DNA of 12,356 nt, taken from NCBI GenBank assembly GCA_965233585.1, contig CBDDTI010000305.1, forward strand, positions 1 to 12,356, read 5' to 3'. Below the pieces are notes generated by a model. That model was given only the letters and a program-made list of their open reading frames with translations, ran no database searches and had not been told where the DNA came from. The stretch comes from a bacterium. GTDB lineage: Bacteria; SAR324; NAC60-12. Shown piece by piece: positions 1 through 9,918 of this stretch. The translations under genes were made by a program, and so were the position numbers. Each line of letters opens with the position of its first letter. The stretch's first letter is position 1.

Positions 1-283
1 ATAAAAAACAAGCAATAGCCGATGTGAAAATTATTGCCTGCATCGCCTTTTTTCTCAAGATTTCCCAATTTTCTACACAAAATGACAATTTTACAAGCAT
101 ACGTTAACATACAAAGAAAGACAACTCAGTCTACCCAGTATACACAGTCTGCCACGTGTGCCATTACCTAATATCTATTTTAGCCATACAACAGATCTCA
201 TTCGCCAACTCAGCCACACCCACATGTTACTTCCTTTTCTAAATTTAGGAACCAATACAACTTTTTACTACCTCATATCACGA

Positions 284-356
284 TCCCGTGTAGCTCAATG
301 CGAAGAGCTTTGGTCTCTTAACCATGAGGTCGCGAGTTCGAATCCCGGGTGTAATG
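284..356 (+). pseudogene. Degenerate tRNA-like sequence (tRNA pseudogene or SINE head), copy 1
   Basis: Canonical 73-nt tRNA spacing: A box TAGCTCAATGCG (291-302), perfect D stem GCTC/GAGC, loop CTCTTAA (315-321, CTT at the anticodon position), variable loop AGGTC, B box GTTCGAATC (336-344). The acceptor stem does not pair, the T stem pairs 3/5, and the anticodon stem pairs only out of register (TGGT/ACCA). An 8-T run follows at 358-365. Confidence 0.75.
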
Positions 357-380
357 ATTTTTTTTCTTAATGCTTTGATC

Positions 381-610
381 AACCCAGCAGACATTTGACG
401 TCAGTACGACGTCGGAATGACGTTTGACTCTGACGTTGGATTGACCTTGGAATCAGGTTGAAAATGAAAGTTTTCTAGACGTCGGATTTTGGTTGGATTG
501 GTCGCGACCAAAAATCAACCTGATTCCAACGTCTTTACAACGTCGGATTGGTCGCGACCAAAAATCAACCGGATTCCAACGTCTTTACAACGTCGTGTGC
601 CTGCTGGGTT
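381..610. mobile_element. MITE (non-autonomous TIR DNA transposon), 230 bp, copy 1
   Basis: Perfect 10-bp TIR AACCCAGCAG / CTGCTGGGTT, extending to 12 of 13. ATC flanks both sides (378-380, 611-613). Nine ACGT motifs inside, and a perfect 15-bp internal inverted repeat at 447-461 / 515-529. Confidence 0.8.
495..594. repeat. Two-copy 50-bp tandem duplication inside the MITE (present in every unit)
   Basis: GGATTGGTCGCGACCAAAAATCAACC(T/G)GATTCCAACGTCTTTACAACGTC at 495-544 and 545-594 with one mismatch. Each copy contains the palindrome TTGGTCGCGACCAA. Confidence 0.95.
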
Positions 611-1400
611 ATCTTTCATAAAAGTCAGAGAATCTATGAAATGCGTATTTCCAGGACTCGAAGTGTGTGAAATGTCGCCAGTTATCGCCAACATGCTAAA
701 ATATCGGGTAATATTAAGTCAATCGAGTCTATATTTATGAAATAAAGGATTCATAAAGCATTTTGTTGTTTTGCATTAAATTGGACTAAAACAGTTAAAT
801 TTTTGATATCATGACACATAGAAATAAAATGTATGCCAAATGACTGATCGAGTCGAACATCATACACAGTCAAGAAAGAGAACACATTGACAGTATGTGT
901 TTTGAAACAAGGTACGTTCTACGGCGAAGAAACATGGATTGAAATGCACTTAAACAGAAATAACTACTCACGCTTCTTTTGTTTCTTGGATATTTGTTTC
1001 CAAATAAATCCAACCTCTAGCAGAATAAATAAATGTTAATAACACATTTTGGAGATACAATGGCCTCAATAGATATCCATATTTGTCATGAGAAGTACAG
1101 TTTACTACATTTTGCGTGAGCACCAACTGCATTGTGTTCACTGTTTACACCACGTGGTTACCGGAGTCGACTGTTGGCAATTCGCTCTTGGTCACCTCGA
1201 TATCTGTCCGAGCATAGATCTTTGTTTGCACATTTTTTGGTTTTAAATGTGGGATTTGAACCGCACCATCAAAGGAATCAAAGATGAGGAAATTTGTATT
1301 GGTTGGATGGGGGAGTACGTTCAAACTCGTGATTGTTTCATTAAGTCGTTGGGTGAGGGAGATATGGTTTGGAAGACAAAACGGCCCGATTTTTTTTTTG

Positions 1401-1826
1401 TTTTAGTGTATCTGAGCCGAAGGTTCAAGTGCACTATTGTTATCATGCGTTGTCCGTATTCCGTCCGTCCGTCGTTAACTTTTCACATTTTCGACTTCTC
1501 CTGTGAAAGCGCTGAACGGAATTGAACGAAACTTTACAGGAAGCTAGGTCTCAACGTCTTCTACCAAGTTTGTGTTTTTCGGACCGATCGGAAAAACAAG
1601 ATGGCCGCCCTGGCCTCTTATTGGCTGAAACATTTTCCACTTACCCTCTGCAACCACTGAACGGTATTAAACAAAATTTGACAGAGAGCAAGATCTAAAC
1701 ATCCTCTACCAAGTTAGTGTTTTTCGGGACGAGCAGAAAAACAAGATGGTTGTCCTGTCCGATCTGTCAATAAAGGTGGCACATTGTACTCAGGTGCGCG
1801 ATGTGTAGCCCTTTGGGCCTCTTGTT
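1401..1826 (+). mobile_element. Non-autonomous Helentron-like element (HINE / pearl / CvA-type architecture), copy 1
   Basis: T-rich flanks; 5' subterminal hairpin TAGTGTATCTGAGC (1404-1417) / GTTCAAGTGCACTA (1423-1436); (GTCC)n-like microsatellite at 1452-1474; internal 145-bp tandem repeats; 3' inverted copy of the subTIR CTCAGGTGCGC (1789-1799); terminal hairpin GCCC-TTT-GGGC (1808-1818) then CTCTTGTTT. End coordinates are approximate. Confidence 0.8.
1486..1760. repeat. About 1.9 diverged 145-bp satellite-like monomers inside the Helentron-like element (present in units 1-4, partial in unit 5)
   Basis: CATTTTC(G/C)ACTT at 1486 and 1631, CTACCAAGTT at 1561 and 1706, and GAAAAACAAGATGG in both monomers give a 145-bp period. 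Confidence 0.9.
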
Positions 1827-1907
1827 TTTTTTTCTTTTGCCGGCATAATTTATTTCTCGTTGTTTTTAGTTTTAATTTTCAATTTGAAATTGACTTTTTG
1901 TTTTCAG

Positions 1908-1963
1908 ATTAGTGATATCTATAATCGAATTATTAATTTGCATTGTAATTGATATCACCTAAT
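1908..1963. repeat. Imperfect AT-rich inverted repeat / hairpin (present in units 1-4)
   Basis: ATTAG-TGATATC pairs with GATATCA-C-CTAAT. Inner arms TATAAT/ATTGTA and CGAATTA/TAATTTG pair with G:T wobbles. Confidence 0.6.
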
Positions 1964-2180
1964 AGGTAATTTGTAGTATAAGCGGTGCAATATGGAATTC
2001 CACTGTACATGCATTTCATTGTCATAAAACTTTAATTATACACGGGAAGAAGAACGGGGTGTTTTATACACAAAGCAATGGCGAGAAGATTGGTAAAATT
2101 CATCCGTTATGAGATAAATCTCCGCCTGGGTGTGAGATTACAAAGAAAAATAAAGATATTTTTTGTTGTTGGGGTGAATT

Positions 2181-2395
2181 CTATGGAACGCCAAATTAAC
2201 AAACACTCAAATATTGAGAACAAAAACTTAATAGTGCGAGCTTCAATTGAATTTGTGCGCGCACTAATTCAATCAGTGTGCGCACTAATTATATTGAAGA
2301 GCGCAATAATTGAATAAGTGCGCAAGCTAAATTAAATTCAAACAATTAATGCCCGTTTTAATTCAATTAAACCGCACACTTATTGAATAAGTGCC
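2181..2395. repeat. Degenerate palindromic short-motif array (ATTGAAT.AGTGCGC / GCGCACTAATTCAAT), probable MITE arm remnant (units 1-4)
   Basis: 28-bp palindrome with one mismatch, ATTGAATTTGTGCGCGCACTAATTCAAT, at 2246-2273. TGCGCACTAATT, ATTGAATAAGTGCGC and ATTGAATAAGTGCC recur nearby in both orientations. Boundaries are uncertain. Confidence 0.55.
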
Positions 2396-2982
2396 AAATA
2401 GTATTTTTACAAGAATACACAGTACTCGGTAACCATAGTCGCCTGAACGCAAATTCAATATTCTATACTTGCGCTAAAATCCCTTGAATTAGTTCATCGT
2501 TGAATTTAAATTTTAAAAAAAGTACAAGAGAGCTTAATTTCTTCATGAGTAGAAGAATTATTCGTCCTCTCTAGTGAATTATAATAGCGGAACTTTAGTT
2601 TAATCATTATTTTGCTCCAAGGCTAAAAGAACGCTAAAAAGGCAAAGAACGCCTGCTTTTTCGCCATGATTATCAAGAAATATCTGCCAAAAAATAAAAA
2701 TAAAAAACAAGCAATAGCCGATGTGAAAATTATTGCCTGCATCGCCTTTTTTCTCAAGATTTCCCAATTTTCTACACAAAATGACAATTTTACAAGCATA
2801 CGTTAACATACAAAGAAAGACAACTCAGTCTACCCAGTATACACAGTCTGCCACGTGTGCCATTACCTAATATCTATTTTAGCCATACAACAGATCTCAT
2901 TCGCCAACTCAGCCACACCCACATGTTACTTCCTTTTCTAAATTTAGGAACCAATACAACTTTTTACTACCTCATATCACGA

Positions 2983-3055
2983 TCCCGTGTAGCTCAATGC
3001 GAAGAGCTTTGGTCTCTTAACCATGAGGTCGCGAGTTCGAATCCCGGGTGTAATG
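2983..3055 (+). pseudogene. Degenerate tRNA-like sequence, copy 2
   Basis: Same sequence as 284-356; followed by a 10-T run. Confidence 0.75.
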
Positions 3056-3081
3056 ATTTTTTTTTTCTTAATGCTTTGATC

Positions 3082-3311
3082 AACCCAGCAGACATTTGAC
3101 GTCAGTACGACGTCGGAATGACGTTTGACTCTGACGTTGGATTGACCTTGGAATCAGGTTGAAAATGAAAGTTTTCTAGACGTCGGATTTTGGTTGGATT
3201 GGTCGCGACCAAAAATCAACCTGATTCCAACGTCTTTACAACGTCGGATTGGTCGCGACCAAAAATCAACCGGATTCCAACGTCTTTACAACGTCGTGTG
3301 CCTGCTGGGTT
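3082..3311. mobile_element. MITE, copy 2
   Basis: Same TIRs, ATC flanks and internal duplication as 381-610. Confidence 0.8.
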
Positions 3312-4098
3312 ATCTTTCATAAAAGTCAGAGAATCTATGAAATGCGTATTTCCAGGACTCGAAGTGTGTGAAATGTCGAGTTATCGCCAACATGCTAAAA
3401 TATCGGGTAATATAAGTCAATCGAGTCTATATTTATGAAATAAAGGATTCATAAAGCATTTTGTTGTTTTGCATTAAATTGGACTAAAACAGTTAAATTT
3501 TTGATATCATGACACATAGAAATAAAATGTATGCCAAATGACTGATCGAGTCGAACATCATACACAGTCAAGAAAGAGAACACATTGACAGTATGTGTTT
3601 TGAAACAAGGTACGTTCTACGGCGAAGAAACATGGATTGAAATGCACTTAAACAGAAATAACTACTCACGCTTCTTTTGTTTCTTGGATATTTGTTTCCA
3701 AATAAATCCAACCTCTAGCAGAATAAATAAATGTTAATAACACATTTTGGAGATACAATGGCCTCAATAGATATCCATATTTGTCATGAGAAGTACAGTT
3801 TACTACATTTTGCGTGAGCACCAACTGCATTGTGTTCACTGTTTACACCACGTGGTTACCGGAGTCGACTGTTGGCAATTCGCTCTTGGTCACCTCGATA
3901 TCTGTCCGAGCATAGATCTTTGTTTGCACATTTTTTGGTTTTAAATGTGGGATTTGAACCGCACCATCAAAGGAATCAAAGATGAGGAAATTTGTATTGG
4001 TTGGATGGGGGAGTACGTTCAAACTCGTGATTGTTTCATTAAGTCGTTGGGTGAGGGAGATATGGTTTGGAAGACAAAACGGCCCGATTTTTTTTTTG

Positions 4099-4524
4099 TT
4101 TTAGTGTATCTGAGCCGAAGGTTCAAGTGCACTATTGTTATCATGCGTTGTCCGTATTCCGTCCGTCCGTCGTTAACTTTTCACATTTTCGACTTCTCCT
4201 GTGAAAGCGCTGAACGGAATTGAACGAAACTTTACAGGAAGCTAGGTCTCAACGTCTTCTACCAAGTTTGTGTTTTTCGGACCGATCGGAAAAACAAGAT
4301 GGCCGCCCTGGCCTCTTATTGGCTGAAACATTTTCCACTTACCCTCTGCAACCACTGAACGGTATTAAACAAAATTTGACAGAGAGCAAGATCTAAACAT
4401 CCTCTACCAAGTTAGTGTTTTTCGGGACGAGCAGAAAAACAAGATGGTTGTCCTGTCCGATCTGTCAATAAAGGTGGCACATTGTACTCAGGTGCGCGAT
4501 GTGTAGCCCTTTGGGCCTCTTGTT
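4099..4524 (+). mobile_element. Non-autonomous Helentron-like element, copy 2
   Basis: Same sequence as 1401-1826. Confidence 0.8.
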
Positions 4525-5680
4525 TTTTTTTCTTTTGCCGGCATAATTTATTTCTCGTTGTTTTTAGTTTTAATTTTCAATTTGAAATTGACTTTTTGTT
4601 TTCAGATTAGTGATATCTATAATCGAATTATTAATTTGCATTGTAATTGATATCACCTAATAGGTAATTTGTAGTATAAGCGGTGCAATATGGAATTCCA
4701 CTGTACATGCATTTCATTGTCATAAAACTTTAATTATACACGGGAAGAAGAACGGGGTGTTTTATACACAAAGCAATGGCGAGAAGATTGGTAAAATTCA
4801 TCCGTTATGAGATAAATCTCCGCCTGGGTGTGAGATTACAAAGAAAAATAAAGATATTTTTTGTTGTTGGGGTGAATTCTATGGAACGCCAAATTAACAA
4901 ACACTCAAATATTGAGAACAAAAACTTAATAGTGCGAGCTTCAATTGAATTTGTGCGCGCACTAATTCAATCAGTGTGCGCACTAATTATATTGAAGAGC
5001 GCAATAATTGAATAAGTGCGCAAGCTAAATTAAATTCAAACAATTAATGCCCGTTTTAATTCAATTAAACCGCACACTTATTGAATAAGTGCCAAATAGT
5101 ATTTTTACAAGAATACACAGTACTCGGTAACCATAGTCGCCTGAACGCAAATTCAATATTCTATACTTGCGCTAAAATCCCTTGAATTAGTTCATCGTTG
5201 AATTTAAATTTTAAAAAAAGTACAAGAGAGCTTAATTTCTTCATGAGTAGAAGAATTATTCGTCCTCTCTAGTGAATTATAATAGCGGAACTTTAGTTTA
5301 ATCATTATTTTGCTCCAAGGCTAAAAGAACGCTAAAAAGGCAAAGAACGCCTGCTTTTTCGCCATGATTATCAAGAAATATCTGCCAAAAAATAAAAATA
5401 AAAAACAAGCAATAGCCGATGTGAAAATTATTGCCTGCATCGCCTTTTTTCTCAAGATTTCCCAATTTTCTACACAAAATGACAATTTTACAAGCATACG
5501 TTAACATACAAAGAAAGACAACTCAGTCTACCCAGTATACACAGTCTGCCACGTGTGCCATTACCTAATATCTATTTTAGCCATACAACAGATCTCATTC
5601 GCCAACTCAGCCACACCCACATGTTACTTCCTTTTCTAAATTTAGGAACCAATACAACTTTTTACTACCTCATATCACGA

Positions 5681-5753
5681 TCCCGTGTAGCTCAATGCGA
5701 AGAGCTTTGGTCTCTTAACCATGAGGTCGCGAGTTCGAATCCCGGGTGTAATG
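5681..5753 (+). pseudogene. Degenerate tRNA-like sequence, copy 3
   Basis: Same sequence as 284-356; followed by a 9-T run. Confidence 0.75.
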
Positions 5754-5778
5754 ATTTTTTTTTCTTAATGCTTTGATC

Positions 5779-6008
5779 AACCCAGCAGACATTTGACGTC
5801 AGTACGACGTCGGAATGACGTTTGACTCTGACGTTGGATTGACCTTGGAATCAGGTTGAAAATGAAAGTTTTCTAGACGTCGGATTTTGGTTGGATTGGT
5901 CGCGACCAAAAATCAACCTGATTCCAACGTCTTTACAACGTCGGATTGGTCGCGACCAAAAATCAACCGGATTCCAACGTCTTTACAACGTCGTGTGCCT
6001 GCTGGGTT
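5779..6008. mobile_element. MITE, copy 3
   Basis: Same as 381-610. Confidence 0.8.
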
Positions 6009-6795
6009 ATCTTTCATAAAAGTCAGAGAATCTATGAAATGCGTATTTCCAGGACTCGAAGTGTGTGAAATGTCGAGTTATCGCCAACATGCTAAAATAT
6101 CGGGTAATATAAGTCAATCGAGTCTATATTTATGAAATAAAGGATTCATAAAGCATTTTGTTGTTTTGCATTAAATTGGACTAAAACAGTTAAATTTTTG
6201 ATATCATGACACATAGAAATAAAATGTATGCCAAATGACTGATCGAGTCGAACATCATACACAGTCAAGAAAGAGAACACATTGACAGTATGTGTTTTGA
6301 AACAAGGTACGTTCTACGGCGAAGAAACATGGATTGAAATGCACTTAAACAGAAATAACTACTCACGCTTCTTTTGTTTCTTGGATATTTGTTTCCAAAT
6401 AAATCCAACCTCTAGCAGAATAAATAAATGTTAATAACACATTTTGGAGATACAATGGCCTCAATAGATATCCATATTTGTCATGAGAAGTACAGTTTAC
6501 TACATTTTGCGTGAGCACCAACTGCATTGTGTTCACTGTTTACACCACGTGGTTACCGGAGTCGACTGTTGGCAATTCGCTCTTGGTCACCTCGATATCT
6601 GTCCGAGCATAGATCTTTGTTTGCACATTTTTTGGTTTTAAATGTGGGATTTGAACCGCACCATCAAAGGAATCAAAGATGAGGAAATTTGTATTGGTTG
6701 GATGGGGGAGTACGTTCAAACTCGTGATTGTTTCATTAAGTCGTTGGGTGAGGGAGATATGGTTTGGAAGACAAAACGGCCCGATTTTTTTTTTG

Positions 6796-7221
6796 TTTTA
6801 GTGTATCTGAGCCGAAGGTTCAAGTGCACTATTGTTATCATGCGTTGTCCGTATTCCGTCCGTCCGTCGTTAACTTTTCACATTTTCGACTTCTCCTGTG
6901 AAAGCGCTGAACGGAATTGAACGAAACTTTACAGGAAGCTAGGTCTCAACGTCTTCTACCAAGTTTGTGTTTTTCGGACCGATCGGAAAAACAAGATGGC
7001 CGCCCTGGCCTCTTATTGGCTGAAACATTTTCCACTTACCCTCTGCAACCACTGAACGGTATTAAACAAAATTTGACAGAGAGCAAGATCTAAACATCCT
7101 CTACCAAGTTAGTGTTTTTCGGGACGAGCAGAAAAACAAGATGGTTGTCCTGTCCGATCTGTCAATAAAGGTGGCACATTGTACTCAGGTGCGCGATGTG
7201 TAGCCCTTTGGGCCTCTTGTT
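6796..7221 (+). mobile_element. Non-autonomous Helentron-like element, copy 3
   Basis: Same sequence as 1401-1826. Confidence 0.8.
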
Positions 7222-8377
7222 TTTTTTTCTTTTGCCGGCATAATTTATTTCTCGTTGTTTTTAGTTTTAATTTTCAATTTGAAATTGACTTTTTGTTTTC
7301 AGATTAGTGATATCTATAATCGAATTATTAATTTGCATTGTAATTGATATCACCTAATAGGTAATTTGTAGTATAAGCGGTGCAATATGGAATTCCACTG
7401 TACATGCATTTCATTGTCATAAAACTTTAATTATACACGGGAAGAAGAACGGGGTGTTTTATACACAAAGCAATGGCGAGAAGATTGGTAAAATTCATCC
7501 GTTATGAGATAAATCTCCGCCTGGGTGTGAGATTACAAAGAAAAATAAAGATATTTTTTGTTGTTGGGGTGAATTCTATGGAACGCCAAATTAACAAACA
7601 CTCAAATATTGAGAACAAAAACTTAATAGTGCGAGCTTCAATTGAATTTGTGCGCGCACTAATTCAATCAGTGTGCGCACTAATTATATTGAAGAGCGCA
7701 ATAATTGAATAAGTGCGCAAGCTAAATTAAATTCAAACAATTAATGCCCGTTTTAATTCAATTAAACCGCACACTTATTGAATAAGTGCCAAATAGTATT
7801 TTTACAAGAATACACAGTACTCGGTAACCATAGTCGCCTGAACGCAAATTCAATATTCTATACTTGCGCTAAAATCCCTTGAATTAGTTCATCGTTGAAT
7901 TTAAATTTTAAAAAAAGTACAAGAGAGCTTAATTTCTTCATGAGTAGAAGAATTATTCGTCCTCTCTAGTGAATTATAATAGCGGAACTTTAGTTTAATC
8001 ATTATTTTGCTCCAAGGCTAAAAGAACGCTAAAAAGGCAAAGAACGCCTGCTTTTTCGCCATGATTATCAAGAAATATCTGCCAAAAAATAAAAATAAAA
8101 AACAAGCAATAGCCGATGTGAAAATTATTGCCTGCATCGCCTTTTTTCTCAAGATTTCCCAATTTTCTACACAAAATGACAATTTTACAAGCATACGTTA
8201 ACATACAAAGAAAGACAACTCAGTCTACCCAGTATACACAGTCTGCCACGTGTGCCATTACCTAATATCTATTTTAGCCATACAACAGATCTCATTCGCC
8301 AACTCAGCCACACCCACATGTTACTTCCTTTTCTAAATTTAGGAACCAATACAACTTTTTACTACCTCATATCACGA

Positions 8378-8450
8378 TCCCGTGTAGCTCAATGCGAAGA
8401 GCTTTGGTCTCTTAACCATGAGGTCGCGAGTTCGAATCCCGGGTGTAATG
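8378..8450 (+). pseudogene. Degenerate tRNA-like sequence, copy 4
   Basis: Same sequence as 284-356; followed by a 9-T run. Confidence 0.75.
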
Positions 8451-8475
8451 ATTTTTTTTTCTTAATGCTTTGATC

Positions 8476-8705
8476 AACCCAGCAGACATTTGACGTCAGT
8501 ACGACGTCGGAATGACGTTTGACTCTGACGTTGGATTGACCTTGGAATCAGGTTGAAAATGAAAGTTTTCTAGACGTCGGATTTTGGTTGGATTGGTCGC
8601 GACCAAAAATCAACCTGATTCCAACGTCTTTACAACGTCGGATTGGTCGCGACCAAAAATCAACCGGATTCCAACGTCTTTACAACGTCGTGTGCCTGCT
8701 GGGTT
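8476..8705. mobile_element. MITE, copy 4
   Basis: Same as 381-610. Confidence 0.8.
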
Positions 8706-9492
8706 ATCTTTCATAAAAGTCAGAGAATCTATGAAATGCGTATTTCCAGGACTCGAAGTGTGTGAAATGTCGAGTTATCGCCAACATGCTAAAATATCGG
8801 GTAATATAAGTCAATCGAGTCTATATTTATGAAATAAAGGATTCATAAAGCATTTTGTTGTTTTGCATTAAATTGGACTAAAACAGTTAAATTTTTGATA
8901 TCATGACACATAGAAATAAAATGTATGCCAAATGACTGATCGAGTCGAACATCATACACAGTCAAGAAAGAGAACACATTGACAGTATGTGTTTTGAAAC
9001 AAGGTACGTTCTACGGCGAAGAAACATGGATTGAAATGCACTTAAACAGAAATAACTACTCACGCTTCTTTTGTTTCTTGGATATTTGTTTCCAAATAAA
9101 TCCAACCTCTAGCAGAATAAATAAATGTTAATAACACATTTTGGAGATACAATGGCCTCAATAGATATCCATATTTGTCATGAGAAGTACAGTTTACTAC
9201 ATTTTGCGTGAGCACCAACTGCATTGTGTTCACTGTTTACACCACGTGGTTACCGGAGTCGACTGTTGGCAATTCGCTCTTGGTCACCTCGATATCTGTC
9301 CGAGCATAGATCTTTGTTTGCACATTTTTTGGTTTTAAATGTGGGATTTGAACCGCACCATCAAAGGAATCAAAGATGAGGAAATTTGTATTGGTTGGAT
9401 GGGGGAGTACGTTCAAACTCGTGATTGTTTCATTAAGTCGTTGGGTGAGGGAGATATGGTTTGGAAGACAAAACGGCCCGATTTTTTTTTTG

Positions 9493-9918
9493 TTTTAGTG
9501 TATCTGAGCCGAAGGTTCAAGTGCACTATTGTTATCATGCGTTGTCCGTATTCCGTCCGTCCGTCGTTAACTTTTCACATTTTCGACTTCTCCTGTGAAA
9601 GCGCTGAACGGAATTGAACGAAACTTTACAGGAAGCTAGGTCTCAACGTCTTCTACCAAGTTTGTGTTTTTCGGACCGATCGGAAAAACAAGATGGCCGC
9701 CCTGGCCTCTTATTGGCTGAAACATTTTCCACTTACCCTCTGCAACCACTGAACGGTATTAAACAAAATTTGACAGAGAGCAAGATCTAAACATCCTCTA
9801 CCAAGTTAGTGTTTTTCGGGACGAGCAGAAAAACAAGATGGTTGTCCTGTCCGATCTGTCAATAAAGGTGGCACATTGTACTCAGGTGCGCGATGTGTAG
9901 CCCTTTGGGCCTCTTGTT
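9493..9918 (+). mobile_element. Non-autonomous Helentron-like element, copy 4
   Basis: Same sequence as 1401-1826. Confidence 0.8.

Noticed and set aside
43..65. Resemblance of TCGCCTTTTTTCTCAAGATTTCC to U5 snRNA loop I and 3' stem
   Set aside because: The invariant loop GCCTTTTAC is not intact and the complementary 5' stem strand is missing, so it is probably chance. An Infernal U5 search would settle it.
284..356. Functional tRNA-Lys(CTT) gene
   Set aside because: The acceptor stem (TCCCGTG/GTGTAAT) does not pair, and the anticodon and T stems are broken in the canonical register.
495..594. CRISPR-like palindromic repeats
   Set aside because: Only two directly adjacent copies with no unique spacers, no cas genes, and they lie inside a TIR element.
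250..1304. 11-bp inverted match AACCAATACAA (250-260) / TTGTATTGGTT (1294-1304) with a nearby CCTCAT/ATGAGG match
   Set aside because: It does not extend convincingly, and a match of this length is expected by chance in 2.7 kb of AT-rich DNA.
1..2699. Circular ssDNA virus or plasmid concatemer, or a 5S/snRNA/histone gene array
   Set aside because: No ORF long enough for Rep, capsid or histone proteins, and no recognisable 5S, U1, U2, U4 or U6 sequence. The content is eukaryotic TE debris.
158..2809. The recurring 69-92 aa ORFs in the supplied track (and their repeats in later units)
   Set aside because: They are short, have no recognisable domains, cross TE or tRNA-like boundaries, and several change frame with homopolymer length between copies. 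Recurrence only reflects the tandem repeat.
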